Part shown: positions 27,895-40,180 of the stretch, piece after piece | Numbering within the stretch: the first letter of the stretch is position 1 | How the letters are laid out: each line of letters begins with the position of its first letter | Assembly: GCF_006345805.1 (NCBI RefSeq) | Contig: NC_043005.1 | Coordinates: 30,194,001-30,258,000, forward strand | Source: Octopus sinensis | Taxonomy: Eukaryota | Length of the DNA: 64,000 bases | Direction of reading: 5' to 3' | Notes under the pieces: model-generated | Databases searched by the model: none | What the model was told of the DNA's origin: nothing | The model's input: only the letters and a program-made list of their open reading frames with translations | Program-made: the position numbers and the translations under genes

Positions 27895-28440
27895 TGTGTT
27901 GCATATGAATGAAGACGGCTGTGTGAAAAAATGTCGTACCCTAGCAATAGAGGGAACCTGTAGAAGATGAAGACCTGGGAGGTGAGGTGGTGAAGCACAA
28001 CCTTCAAACATTGGGCCTAACAGAGACGATGACAAGTGACTGAGACCTTTAGAGATATGCTGTGCTTGAGAAGACTTGGCAAGCCAAGGGAGACCAAATG
28101 AAACATGGTCTATGCCAGTGCAACATAGCCAGCCCATTTAAAAAGTACCCTTCAATCATTGGGGAATAAACTTTGCTTGCGAAGACCTGTTGAGTCAAGT
28201 GACGTTATTGTTGTGGCTGATGCCTGTACCATCTGACTGGCACCTGTACTGGTGGCACATAAAAAGCACCATTCAAGCATGCTTGATACCAGTGCCACCC
28301 AACTGGTACCCACTGTTAGGAAGGGCATCCAGCTGTAGAAACTTTGCCAGATCAAATGGAGCCTGGTGCAGCCACCTGGCTTGCCAGTCCTCAGACACAC
28401 CGCATAGAAAGAGGATGTAAAACGACGATGATGATGATCA
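27895..28440 (+). mobile_element. RTE LINE 3' copy, head-to-head with the previous copy
   Basis: ORF end, 3'UTR and (GAT)n tail. Confidence 0.85.
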
Positions 28441-28508
28441 TGACGATGTGTACATATATGTATGTATGTATGTATTTATATATTTAAGAAACTAGTACAA
28501 ATACTTAC

Positions 28509-28589
28509 ATTTACTAATCCAAAATAATGTTCATTCACCGGGAATTGATCTGACCCTATCTCTTTTTCCAGCTGTGAGGCATTGGCACC
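28509..28589 (-). CDS. USP46: USP12/46 exon 2 ([27 protein letters not shown])
   Basis: Not in the ORF track; found by reading the minus strand. 81 nt, ttacag acceptor, gtaagt donor, phase 0/0; joins exon 3 to give GLVN|FGNTCY. Confidence 0.96.
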
Positions 28590-28747
28590 CTGTAATGAGA
28601 AGATCAATCATCAGTAATAATATTGGGGTCTAAATTAATAAGGAACAAAATATAGGGAGACATTTAGCAATAGTTTGTCTAAAAAACAACAACAATGTTA
28701 CTGTTTCAATGTAGTACCAGATGGACAAAAATTAACATAAATTCTAC

Positions 28748-29040
28748 ACGTTATTTACAGTTGATGGATTTTTGTCCTCATCTTGTTTGTTGTTAACACA
28801 ATGTCTTGGCTGATATACCCCTCCATCCTTCATTGGGTGTCTTGGGGAAATTTCGAACCTGGGTTCTCATTCCTAAGGTATTTTTTGATGTAATTATTAT
28901 TATTATCATTATTATTCAGGTCACTGCCTGGAATCAAACTCGGAATCTTGGGGTTAGTAGCCTGCGCTCTTAACCACTACGCCATATGCCCATCAAATGT
29001 AAATAATGTACATAATTCCTCATCTCTTAAATATAGAACT
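28748..29040. mobile_element. Same family: left arm plus only the terminal 50 bp of the right arm
   Basis: 28991-29040 is the reverse complement of the family terminus agttctatatttaagagatgagg... Confidence 0.85.
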
Positions 29041-30979
29041 ATAAATTCTACTGTCTTCATAATGGGAATACTGGAATAAGTTTGAAACTTGAAGCATGAA
29101 GTAACATCTACTAGAATCATCAAAACTTTTGAGCCACTTTTCCCTGTTCCTACAGGTCAAATGGAATTTCTTGAAACAGATTTTTTGTGGCTGGATATCC
29201 TTCCTGTCATTAACCTCCACCTGTTCTCAAGAAAGACTGGAGACGAAGGACACCACTGATTGATGGTAATACTTGTTTACAACAATCACATGATATCAAA
29301 GCAAGAAGACAGTAACACACACATGCACGCACGCACACACACACGCACACACACATGCACACACACACACACACATGCATGCACGCACGCACACATGACT
29401 GGCTTCTTTCAGTTTCTACCACCAAATTCACTTGCAAAACTTTAGCTGGCCCAGGACTATAATAGAACAAAATGGCCCCAGGTGCCACACAGTGGGATTG
29501 AACCTACCACACTGCACATGACCTACAATATTCATAACATCTAATTATAATATTTACTACACCACGTTGAACTACAATATTCACCAGGCTACACTTAACT
29601 ACAATAATCATCACACTACATCTAAGTACAATATTTGCAAGCCACCATGACTCAACAGTTTATTTATATCTCTTATGATATAAAACTAATTAGTAACTTA
29701 CTGAACTCGATATCCTAGATTCAGCAGCTTTGTGCAGACATCGTTGACTCAGTTTACTATGAAACAACTACCTCACATTATGATGGAGTCCACCATTAGA
29801 TGACCATCCATCAATTAAAAAATTTTCATAATAGAAACAGTGACAGAGTGAGGCGAAGCAGTTGATGCAGTCTCCATTGAAGAAATGGTCATTGTTGCGA
29901 ATTATGGGAAACAGTGATTTCCAGTGTAGAGACAATGCTGGAGGTTTTACGGGTAGGGAAAGTTGATTAAATCTACCCTGATAGGGAGAAAAAAGATGTT
30001 AATGAGGACAGGAGTGCATAATTAAATACTGTCCCTGTTCTCATCATCATCATTGTCGTTTAATGTCTGCTTTCCATGCTGGCATGGGTTGAACAGTTTG
30101 ACTGAGGGATGGCGAGCCAGAAGGCTGCACCAGCTCCAATCTGATCTGGCAACATTTCTACAGCTGGATGCTCTTCCTAATACCAACCACTCCAAGAGTG
30201 TAGTGGGTGTTTTTTACGTGCCACCGGCATGAGGGCCAATCAGGCAGTACTGGCAACGACCACGCTCAAATGGTACTTTTTATGTGCCACCTGCACAGGA
30301 GTCAGTCAGGTGGCACTGGCAACGATCATGCTCGAATGGTGCTTTTAACTTTCCACTAGCACGGGTGCCAATCAGGTGGTTCTATTTCTGACAAATACCT
30401 AACACTGGAAAAGATCAGACATGCTGCAACAAGCTGGTACTTATTTTACAGATCCCTGCAACAAGGATCTGAACTCAGAATTTGAAGTGGTAATCTACCA
30501 ATTCTGTTGTTCTATAATTTCTTAACGCAAGGATGCAAGCCCCCCACCCCCACCCCATCCATTGGACTCTTTGTATAGGTGAAGAGGGTTAACTTGGACG
30601 GTGTTATGGAAGTTTTAATCATCTGATGGACAGAACATGTGTGTGTGTGGGTGTGTGATAAGACGTTTGCTTCCCACCCACACAGTCCAGGCTCAGTCTC
30701 ACTGCAGGGCAAGTGTCTTCTATTATTGCCCTGGGCCAACCAAAGCCTTGTATAATTATATGTGTTTAAAAACTGTTTGGAAGTGTTATTTGGATAAATC
30801 TGGAGGAGAACTTAGGGTCTTGGAATGAAACCTATTTCCCCCATATGTTATATTATTCCTTCATTGCTGATCGCTTTAGCATTCTTTTACTTGTTTCAGT
30901 CATTTAACTGTGGCCATGGTGTAGCACTACCTTTAGTTGAGCAAATCTACCCCAGGGCTTATTTTTTGTAAGCCCAGTA

Positions 30980-31469
30980 CCATAAATCCTCGAGTATAAT
31001 CGGCATTTTTGCCCCAAATTTAAAGGTCAACATCCCTGGTGCATACTATATACAAGGTTAAAAATGAAAAATATTTTCTAAGAAATGTCCGAGTCTATTT
31101 GCTGTCTGGCAATGTTTATTCAGATGCATTTTGTGATGTCGGGCGAGAAAATACCTTAAGCTAAGCCTGAAAGCAATGAAGTCATAAGAGAATCATCCAT
31201 AACTTGCAGTAAGCAACATTTATTAAAATAAAAGTATTCAGAACACTGAATAACATGTAACAAAAACAATTTGCAAACATATTTACATTCCCATATAACA
31301 GTTAAGAACATCACCATTATTGTATTATGCATGCGCAGAAGTGTTTGTTTGACTTAAGTTAGAAAAGGGGTGCGTATTATACACAAAGTTTAGCTTTTTC
31401 AGAGGTACAGCCCCATAAAAATCCTCTGTGTATTATACTCTAGGGCGGACTATACACAAGGATTTACGG
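30980..31469. mobile_element. Tc1/mariner-superfamily MITE inserted in a SINE, TA TSD
   Basis: ta-CCATAAATCCTCGAGTATA...TATACACAAGGATTTACGG-ta; splits the SINE at ccagta|cttattc. Confidence 0.85.
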
Positions 31470-32627
31470 TACTTATTCTGTCGGTTTCTTTTCCGAACTG
31501 CTCTTACGGGGACATAAACACACCAACATTGGTTTTTAAGCAATGGTGAGGGGACAAACACAGACATACACACACACACACACATATATACACGACAGGC
31601 TTCTTTCAGTTTTTGTCAACCAAATCCACTCACAAGTCATTGGTTGGCATAAGGCTATAGTAAAAGACACTCGTCCAAGACACTGCCATGCAGTGGGACT
31701 AAACCCAGAACCATGTGGTTGGGAAGCAAACTTTTTACTACACAATCACTTCTGCACCTATGGTTATATCTTTTTTTGGACCCATATACCCATGATAGAT
31801 GCACTTATTTCTGAATTGTACATAACTTCACACACATTATTTACCAATGTTGAATTGATAGAAAACATAGAAAGATGTCTTCTACATTGTTAAACAAGAT
31901 GATCTTTAAATAATCTTGTACTGTTTATCTCTAAATAAAATTTTGTAAAATGTCTTCCACACTGCATAGTTATGTTTATTATAACTCCGTTTTAAAACTT
32001 TTCAGATATTAGCTAGAACATTGCAGTGGAAGAAATACTTTTACAATGATATTTGAAAACAAAACCAACGCCTACAGCAAATAATTGTGTTCACAAGCAT
32101 TGGGCCTGTCGGAAGCAAAGTGGCTGAGTTTCATTTGAGCGTTAGGTCTCACAGAGGCAAGGTAGCCAAGTTCTTTTCAAGTGTTGGGCCTCAGGGAGGC
32201 AATAACCAAGACCTTTGACATTATGTCATACTTGAGAAGAAGACCCAAATCGCAGTCATAGCAAATACTGGTGTTACACAAATTGGCACCTGTGCCAGTG
32301 GCACGTAAACGCACCCCAGTGTCATGCAAATGGTACCCATGCTGGTGGCATGTAAAAGCACCCATTACACTCTCGGAGTAGTTGGCATTAGGAAGGGCAT
32401 CCAGCTGTAGAAAACCATGCCAAATCAGACTGGTGTTTGGTTCAGCCTTCTAGCAAGCTAGTCCAGTCAAACCGTTCAACCCATGCCAGCATGGACAGTG
32501 GACGTTAAATGATGATGATGATGTTTTAATTTAGAAAATTCAAGGACAATTGAAGGATATTGTTTAATGTAGCTTCAATCTTGATTATGATATATTTGGG
32601 GTTTCAAATTCTTGTTTTTTAACCTTA

Positions 32628-32710
32628 ATGATGACAAATCTCTCCTTAGTGAAATTTTCCAGTGAAATGTTTGGTTAGCAAAATTTCACTTTGGAGAGAT
32701 GTATCATCAT
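32628..32710. repeat. 83-nt hairpin: 31-nt arms, 4 mismatches, 21-nt loop
   Basis: atgatgacaaatctctccttagtgaaatttt / aaaatttcactttggagagatgtatcatcat. Confidence 0.8.
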
Positions 32711-34623
32711 AATATGTATTTATATTTTTTTTTCAAATTGCCCAAACCACTTCAACGTAACTAATGTTAAAACCTTTTGATACTGCCTGACACTTCCCCT
32801 GGTTTCATAGCGATCTGAATGAAATGTTCCAAACACCCACTTGATAATGATAAAATTATTTCAGTATATGTTTCATTACTTCCAAAATTGATTGAAATAA
32901 AAGCAGTGCATTTCAACAGAAATTTGGTAACAAAAGGGCTAACGTAGGAGTGGCTGTGTGGTAAGTAACTTGCTTACCAGCCACATGGTTCCGGGTTCAG
33001 TCCCACTGTCTGGCACCTTGGGCGAGTGTCTTCAACTGTAGCCTCAGGCCGACCAAAGCCATGAGAGTGGATTTGGTAGATGAAAACTGAACGAATCCCA
33101 TCGTATATATGTACATATATATGCGTGTGTGTGTTTGTCCCCCTCCCCCAACATTGCTTGACATGCAACGCTGGTGTGTTTACGTCCCTGTAACTTAGTG
33201 GTTCGGCAAAAAGAGACCTAAAGAATAAGTACTAGACTTACAAAGAATAAGTCCTGTGTTAGATTTTCTAATACGGGTGTTGTGGATTTCTGAAAGGCTT
33301 AGCAAGGGTGCCTCAAGGCAGAAAAAGTTGGGATACTGTGCCCTAATGACTGCAAAAAGTAAAAGAATAAAAGAATATACAAAAGCACCATCTTCCTTTA
33401 ATGTCTGCTGTCCATTGTAGATGGGGGTTGAATGGTTTAACAGGATCTGATGATATGGAGGAATGCCTCGTAAACCAATGTTTGCTTCAGCATCCTAACA
33501 CCAACCACTTCACTGAATGTATTGGGGCATCTTCCATGGCACGTCCACTCTCCATGCTGGCATGGATTAGACAGTTTGATGAGCCAGAGAGCTGCACTAG
33601 GTTCCAGTCTGATTTGGCATGGTTTCTATAGCTGGATGCTCTTCCTAATGCTAACCACTCCAGGAGTGCAATGGGTGCTTTTACGTTCCACTGGGATGGG
33701 TGCCATTTACAAGGCACCGGCAGTGAACCAAATGATTCATGGGTACCATTTGCATGGCACTAGCAATGACTACGACCAACGACCGCAATTCCTGAGGTGC
33801 CAATTTACATGGCACCGGCACCAACCGTGATGATTCACAAGTGCCATTTACATGGTACCATCAATGACCACAACTACAATATATGTGTGTGTGTGTATTT
33901 TGATCACGTGAAAAGTATGACACTTGGTTTGAGTGTAAGGATTAGCAGATATTTTCTTGTTTGCAAACATATTTGAAAGTGGATAATTTCTATAATTTCT
34001 CAAGTAGCCATATAACTAGCACCTATATTCCACTCAGAGATAATCAATCCTCTACATCACTGCATTTATAATAAACAATGTGCAGCAGAGTTTAACTGAC
34101 AATAGTCATCTTTTCAAAGAACACGACTAATCAAGTAGAGTCTTGTATCTATGTGAGAAAACATTCCAAACACGAGGGATGATTTTATGTCTTTACTGGA
34201 AATAGGTCAGTTGGCCAATATATCAGCACAACATTTTCACTAACTACAACAGGTAGTATGTCTGCCCCCTCTCTCTCTCTCTCTCACTTTATATATATAT
34301 TCTTTTATTCTTTTACCTGTTTCAGTTATTTGACTGCGGCCATGCTGAAGCACCACCTTTTAGTTGAGCAAATTGACCCCAGTACTTATTCTTTGTAAGC
34401 CTAGTACTTATTCTATCGGTTTCTTTTTGCCGAACTGCTAGCTTACGGGGGACGTAAACACCCAAGCATTGCATGTCAAGCGATGTTGGGGGAGGCGGGA
34501 TAAACACAGACACACAAACACACATATATATATAGGGAGAATTCATAGAAAAACAAAAGATGAAGATGGGTGGTGTAGACAACAAACAGATGTATTAGTT
34601 TAATGCTCGGGAAGTGAAAAAGT

Positions 34624-34659
34624 CTTTAACGTTTCGGGCCTACACTCTTCCACAGAAAG
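34624..34659 (-). ncRNA. Hammerhead-like motif in a small (TA)n-inserted Penelope-like element (34534-34715)
   Basis: CTTT-CTGTGGA-AGAGtgtaggCCC-GAAA-CGTT-AAAG. Confidence 0.45.
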
Positions 34660-36265
34660 GAACACAGAAAGAAACAGGGAGAGAAAATAAAGAATATGTA
34701 GTGGCTAGCAATCTATATACATATATATGACGGGCTTCTTTCAGTTTCCATCTACCAAATCCATCCACAAGCCTTTGGTCAGCCTGAGACTACAGTAAAA
34801 GACAATTACCCAAGGTGCCATGCAGTGCGACTGAACCCAGAACCATGTGGTTGGTAAGCAAGCTACTTACCACACAGCCACTCCTGCACCAATATATATA
34901 TATATATATATATTTATACACACACACACACACACAAATATAAACTAAAGTTTCAGTTACATTGAAGTATATACACTGTACTAAATTAGACTAATAAAAT
35001 TACATTTTTAAAGTGAAATGAATACACATGTAAACAGTGTTTTGAAAACACACACACAGAGCATTTGAATTTCATAGGTGCAACGTGCCATTGTGCAACA
35101 GTTGATAGCAACAGTACATTGACTAGTTGTCTAAAACATAACAAAAGTGGTTTAAGTATAATGAAAGTGTACGCCATAACAAGACAGCAGAATATCTGTG
35201 TTAGTTGTGTTCTAGAAATCACAAGTCACTGCTAAGATTTCACTGGAGATAACATTACCAAACAGCTGCAACATTGAGATAGATAAGACGATACAACAAC
35301 AATGAAAGCATTGGCTTAAGCAACTTAGTACTAGCAAAAGAACATGAGATGTCTAGAGCCCCTCCCACTCACTCCACCACCCTACTTAACTAGACAAAAA
35401 TGTTTAACCCTAATATTAAATGTAAAAGTTAAGAAATGGAGGGACTAGGAAATATTCCTCCACCTAACAGGCACAGGATAAGAAGCTCACTTGGCAATCA
35501 CATGGTTTGGGGTTCAGTCCCACTGCATGGCACTTTGGGCAAATGTCTTCCACTATAGCCCCGGGACAACCATTGCATTGTGGAAGCCTGTTGTGTGTGT
35601 GTTTCTGTCCATGTTTGTCCCTGCCACCATTTGACAACTACTGTTGGTTTGTTTATGTCCCTGTAACTTAGCGATTTGGAGTAAGTATCAGACTTTTATG
35701 GAATAAGTGTTGTGCATGGGGCTGTGATGTTTGTCTGACTAAAACATTTCAGGGCAGTGCCATAGTATGGCTGCAGTCCAATGACTGAAACAGGTAAAAG
35801 ATTCCCCTCTAGGAAGAGTTTTCACCCACTGGGGGCAGGGGGCAATTTGCTGATTCTGAAATTCTTTTCTTTTTGTTTCAGTCATTTGACTGTGGCCATG
35901 CTGGAGCACCGCCTTAAAGAGTGTTAGTCAAAGAAATTGACCCCAGGACTTATTCTTTGTAAGCCTAGTACTTATCCAATCAGTCTCTTTTGCCGAACCA
36001 CTAAGTTATGGGGACGTCAACACACCACCATTGGTTGTCAAGCGATGGCAGGGGGACAAAAAGACACACACACAAACATATATATATATATATACATACA
36101 TATATATCCAAGATTTGTAGGTACATGGTACTTCGTTATGCAAACACAACATACTATAAAGTACACTAAATGTTTTCATAAGTCAGTACCACATTCCAAT
36201 AACTTAACACCACTGTATGTGGTGGCTACATAAGCAATGTGTTCGGAGGCTATAGTGGGTTCGAT

Positions 36266-36315
36266 GAGAGCTGAAGAAGGGGCAACAACCCCACTGAAAT
36301 ATGGCTTGTACACTC
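36266..36315 (+). ncRNA. Hammerhead-like motif in a (TA)n-inserted element (about 36110-36443)
   Basis: GAGAG-CTGAAGA-aGGGGcaacaaCCCC-act-GAAA-tatggctt-GTA-CACTC with extended stem I. Confidence 0.4.
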
Positions 36316-36440
36316 ATTACCCACTTTTGTCTTTGATCACATTGTCTGTTTAGATTTGACATCTCGAATACGAAACAACAAAAAATCAGAGCTGGCAATA
36401 ATTTCTATAGAATATCTGTAGAAATAACCTTAACAAATAA

Positions 36441-36536
<96 letters not shown>

Positions 36537-38428
36537 CGATGGGCTTCTTCCAGTTTCCGTCTACCAAATCTACTCACAAGGCTTTGGTCAGTCCAAGGTG
36601 CCATGCATTGGGACTGAACCTGGAACCAGGTGGTTGGGAAGCAAGCTTCTTACGACACACAACCATGCCTATATGTATTTTTTTTTTTTTTAACCATAAT
36701 AATTTTTTTTAAATCTAAACGACATTCTGTGAAAAATATGCTAATTTTTTTCTATCACTTTGGTTTTAATGATGTGTATTGTATATTTCTGCAGTTTCTG
36801 TACTGCTAATGAAGTGATTTAATTTAGAAGATTGAGGTCTGGTTCCAGTATCTACTCATCATTAGTTTATAAATAAGTGAAATAACATGGTGGGCTATCA
36901 TTACTGTTATTTGAATTTAGGGTAATGGTGTTTAAAAAGTACTTTTTTCTTTGTTGGTTGTTTTATAAGCAAAAAAAAACAAACAAAACACATACAGGAG
37001 TAAATTAACTTCAAAAGAGTTGTCAGCGTTGTGGGTAAATGGAAAGGAAAATATCGGGAACTCCTGCTTGAGATAATTTACAAAATATATATCACTCATA
37101 TTAATACAGTAGCAAAGACCAATAAAGTATTCTAGCAGGGTCATACATCACATAAACTGAAGTGATGAGGTGCCACCTGGTTTAATAGCACCATTGTTGA
37201 ATCTTTGACTTGACTGGCTTCCGTGCCGGTGGCACGTAAGAAGCACCAGCCGATTGTGGCTGTTGCCAGCCTCCACTGGCCCTTGTGCTGGCGGCACATA
37301 AAAATCACCCACTACACTTACGGAGTGGTTGGCATTAGGAAGGGTATCCAGCTGTAGAAACACTGCTAGATCAGACTGGAGCCTGGTGCAGCCTCCTGGC
37401 TTCCCAGACCCTGGTCAAACCGTCCAACCCATGCTAGCATGGAAAACTGACGTTAAACAATGATGATGATTAACCCACAACATATCCTTCCAATACTTCC
37501 TCTCCCTACCTTTGTCTACTCTCACTACTTTCCACCTCCTCAATCTCCCATACTTTTTGTTACAATCTTGAGAACTTATCCACCCACTCACCTCCAATCC
37601 CCAGTCTATTTTATCATATATACCTCCCTGTAACTTGAGTGTATGTCCTGTCACACCTTCACTTTCTCCTCCCTCTAGCCACCTGAGGTAGTTGTGTTTT
37701 TCCTGCACTGCAAGACACCAATTTCTATCCCTCAGGTGCAGGGTCTTGTCTTTGGCCTCACTGCTGCTGGTACACTCAGTAATGTAAGTGGATATTAGAA
37801 AGGGTATTCTGCTGTAGAAACTACGCCAAAGCATACAATGGTCTCCTCCTGGCTAACCAGCTCCTGTTGAACCATCCAGCCCATGCCAGCAAGGACAAAG
37901 TTAAAGGATGATGATAATAACTGGCCCTAGGATGTCCCTTTAATGGAGTCTATGCAGCACTGGCACAGGTGCTTTTCATGACATCAGCACACGTGAAAGG
38001 TGTAGAAGCATATGAATATGTGGAAAACCGTGGTTTTACTTAGCTTGACACATCTCATCAAGTACAGTAAAAATATACATACATATAAATATATAAATAT
38101 ATAAGTCACAGTGTGGCTGAATGATTAAAAATTTGTCAACAAAAGTTTCATCTTAATGCTTTGCATCTTGAGTAAAAGTTATTTTCTATAGCCTCAGGTC
38201 AATCCATACCTTGTGAATGAAAATGGGCAAATAGAAATTGTACAGAAACTTATTGGGTGGACTTGGGACTTTTCCTGTAATTAAAAAAAAAAAAGTAGTC
38301 TTGTCACACACTGCACTATTATGCAACTGAAACAGTGACAGACCTAAACCAAAACATAAATAATTTTTATAAAACATATAACTAGATCTGTTATGTTTGG
38401 AGTTATACTCTTTATTATTATTTTTATT

Positions 38429-38469
<41 letters not shown>

Positions 38470-39719
38470 CACAGGCATAGCTGTTTCATTGAGAAGCTTG
38501 TTGCAAATCATGTGGTTTTGGTTTCAGTGCTACTGCATGGCACTTTGGACAAATGTCTTCCACTAAAGCCCTGCGAATGACCAAGACCTTATGAGTGTAT
38601 TTTGGTAGATGGAAACTGAAAGAAGCCCATTGTGTGTGTGTGTGTATGTATTATCAGCATCATCATGCTCATTTAATATTGGGTGTTTTGATAGGATCCA
38701 GCAAGCTGCAAGGCCACATCAGGCTCTACTGTCAGCTTTGGCACAATTTCTACAGCTGGATACCCTTTCTAATGCCATCCACTTTACAGTGTGTACTGGA
38801 TGTTTTTTCATATATACATGTGTGTGTGTGTGTGTGTATGTGCAGAGTGGTTGGTGTTAGAAAGGGCATTCAGCCATTAAAACCCTGCCAAAACAGAGTA
38901 GCATAGGGTAGTTATTCTACCCGACCAGCTCCTGTGAATCGTCCTAACCATGCATGCACAGAAGATGGACATTAGACAATGAGATGATATATATGTAATA
39001 TTACGTATATATATATATATACTTTATTTAAAGGCAGCAGAAATTCAACAAAACCTGTTACTCAGAGTTTCACGTTCCCGTCCGTATATATATATATACT
39101 CTATATACAAATACATATGTATGTAAATGTGTGTGCACATGTGTGTTTGTGTGTCCCTTTGCCCAGACTTGTAGCAAGGCAGGGAACTTTCTAGGTGCAA
39201 TCCCATAGTCATTCATGACCGTAGGGGCTCTTCACCCTTTTACCCTATAAATATATATTTGTTTCATGTTTCTCTTTTCATGCTATGATGGGTTGGAGGA
39301 ATGTGCACTGAAGCATTGTTTTTAGCACCAGATGCTCTTCTGGTTGCTGTTTTTCAAGGAAGGGATTTTATTTTATATCACTTGTCTTTGAAAGCACAGA
39401 GCTAGGGGAGAATTTGTTGGCAAGAAGCAGTAAAATATTTTGGTTTTGCTCAAAGTTTTCCCTGCAAAGAAGTGAAACGTAAACATTCACAAGCATACGT
39501 GTATGGTACACTTTCTGTCTACCAATTCCATTAACAAAGCAATAAGTTCATCCAAGATGTTGTGCAGCCAATGAGAAAGAACTTGAGATCATGTGCTTGT
39601 TTATTTTCTTTTAGCATGGTTTCTCCAGTTGGATCCCTTAAAACCAACCATTTCACTGGGTGAACTGAGTGTATTTCATCCTGGCACCCACTAGTACTGA
39701 TGAAGTTGTCAGGTCTTCC

Positions 39720-40180
39720 AGTTCTGTATTTTAGAGATGAGGAATTATGAACATTATTTACATTTGACACACATGTGTCCTCATCTTGTTTGTTGTTAAC
39801 ACAACGCTTTGGCTTATATACCCTCCAGCCTTCATCAGGTGTCTTGGGGAAATTTCAAACCAGGGTTCTCATTCCTAAGGTATTCTTTTATGTTATTATT
39901 CAGGTCACTGCCTGGAATCAGAACCTTGGGGTTAGTAGTCCGTGCTCTAAACCACTATGCCCACAGGCATATGGCATAGTGGTTAAGAGCACGCGCTACT
40001 AATCCCAGGATTCCGAGTTCCATTCCAGGCAGTGAACAATGATAACATCGAAAAATACTTTAGGAATGAGAACCCAGGTTTGAAATTTCCCCAAGACACC
40101 AGATGAAGGCTGGAGGGTATATCATCCGAAATGTGTTAATAACAAACGAGGTGAGGACAAATATCCATCAAATGTAAATA
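39720..40180. mobile_element. Palindromic head-to-head dimer of a tRNA-headed, hammerhead-containing SINE-like element
   Basis: Arms 39720-39962 (-) and 39966-40180 (+) are reverse complements; each has A box TGGC(G/A)TAGTGG, B box GAGTTC(G)ATTCC and a hammerhead-like core. Confidence 0.85.
39798..39843 (-). ncRNA. Degenerate minimal type-I hammerhead ribozyme motif (Penelope-type)
   Basis: GACAC CTGATGA AGGCT..AGCC AAAG CGTT GTGTT; GAAA mutated in this copy, intact in the 4-copy consensus. Confidence 0.6.

Noticed and set aside
39966-40035. True tRNA genes at SINE heads
   Set aside because: A/B boxes are present but no complete cloverleaf, and they continue into repeat bodies
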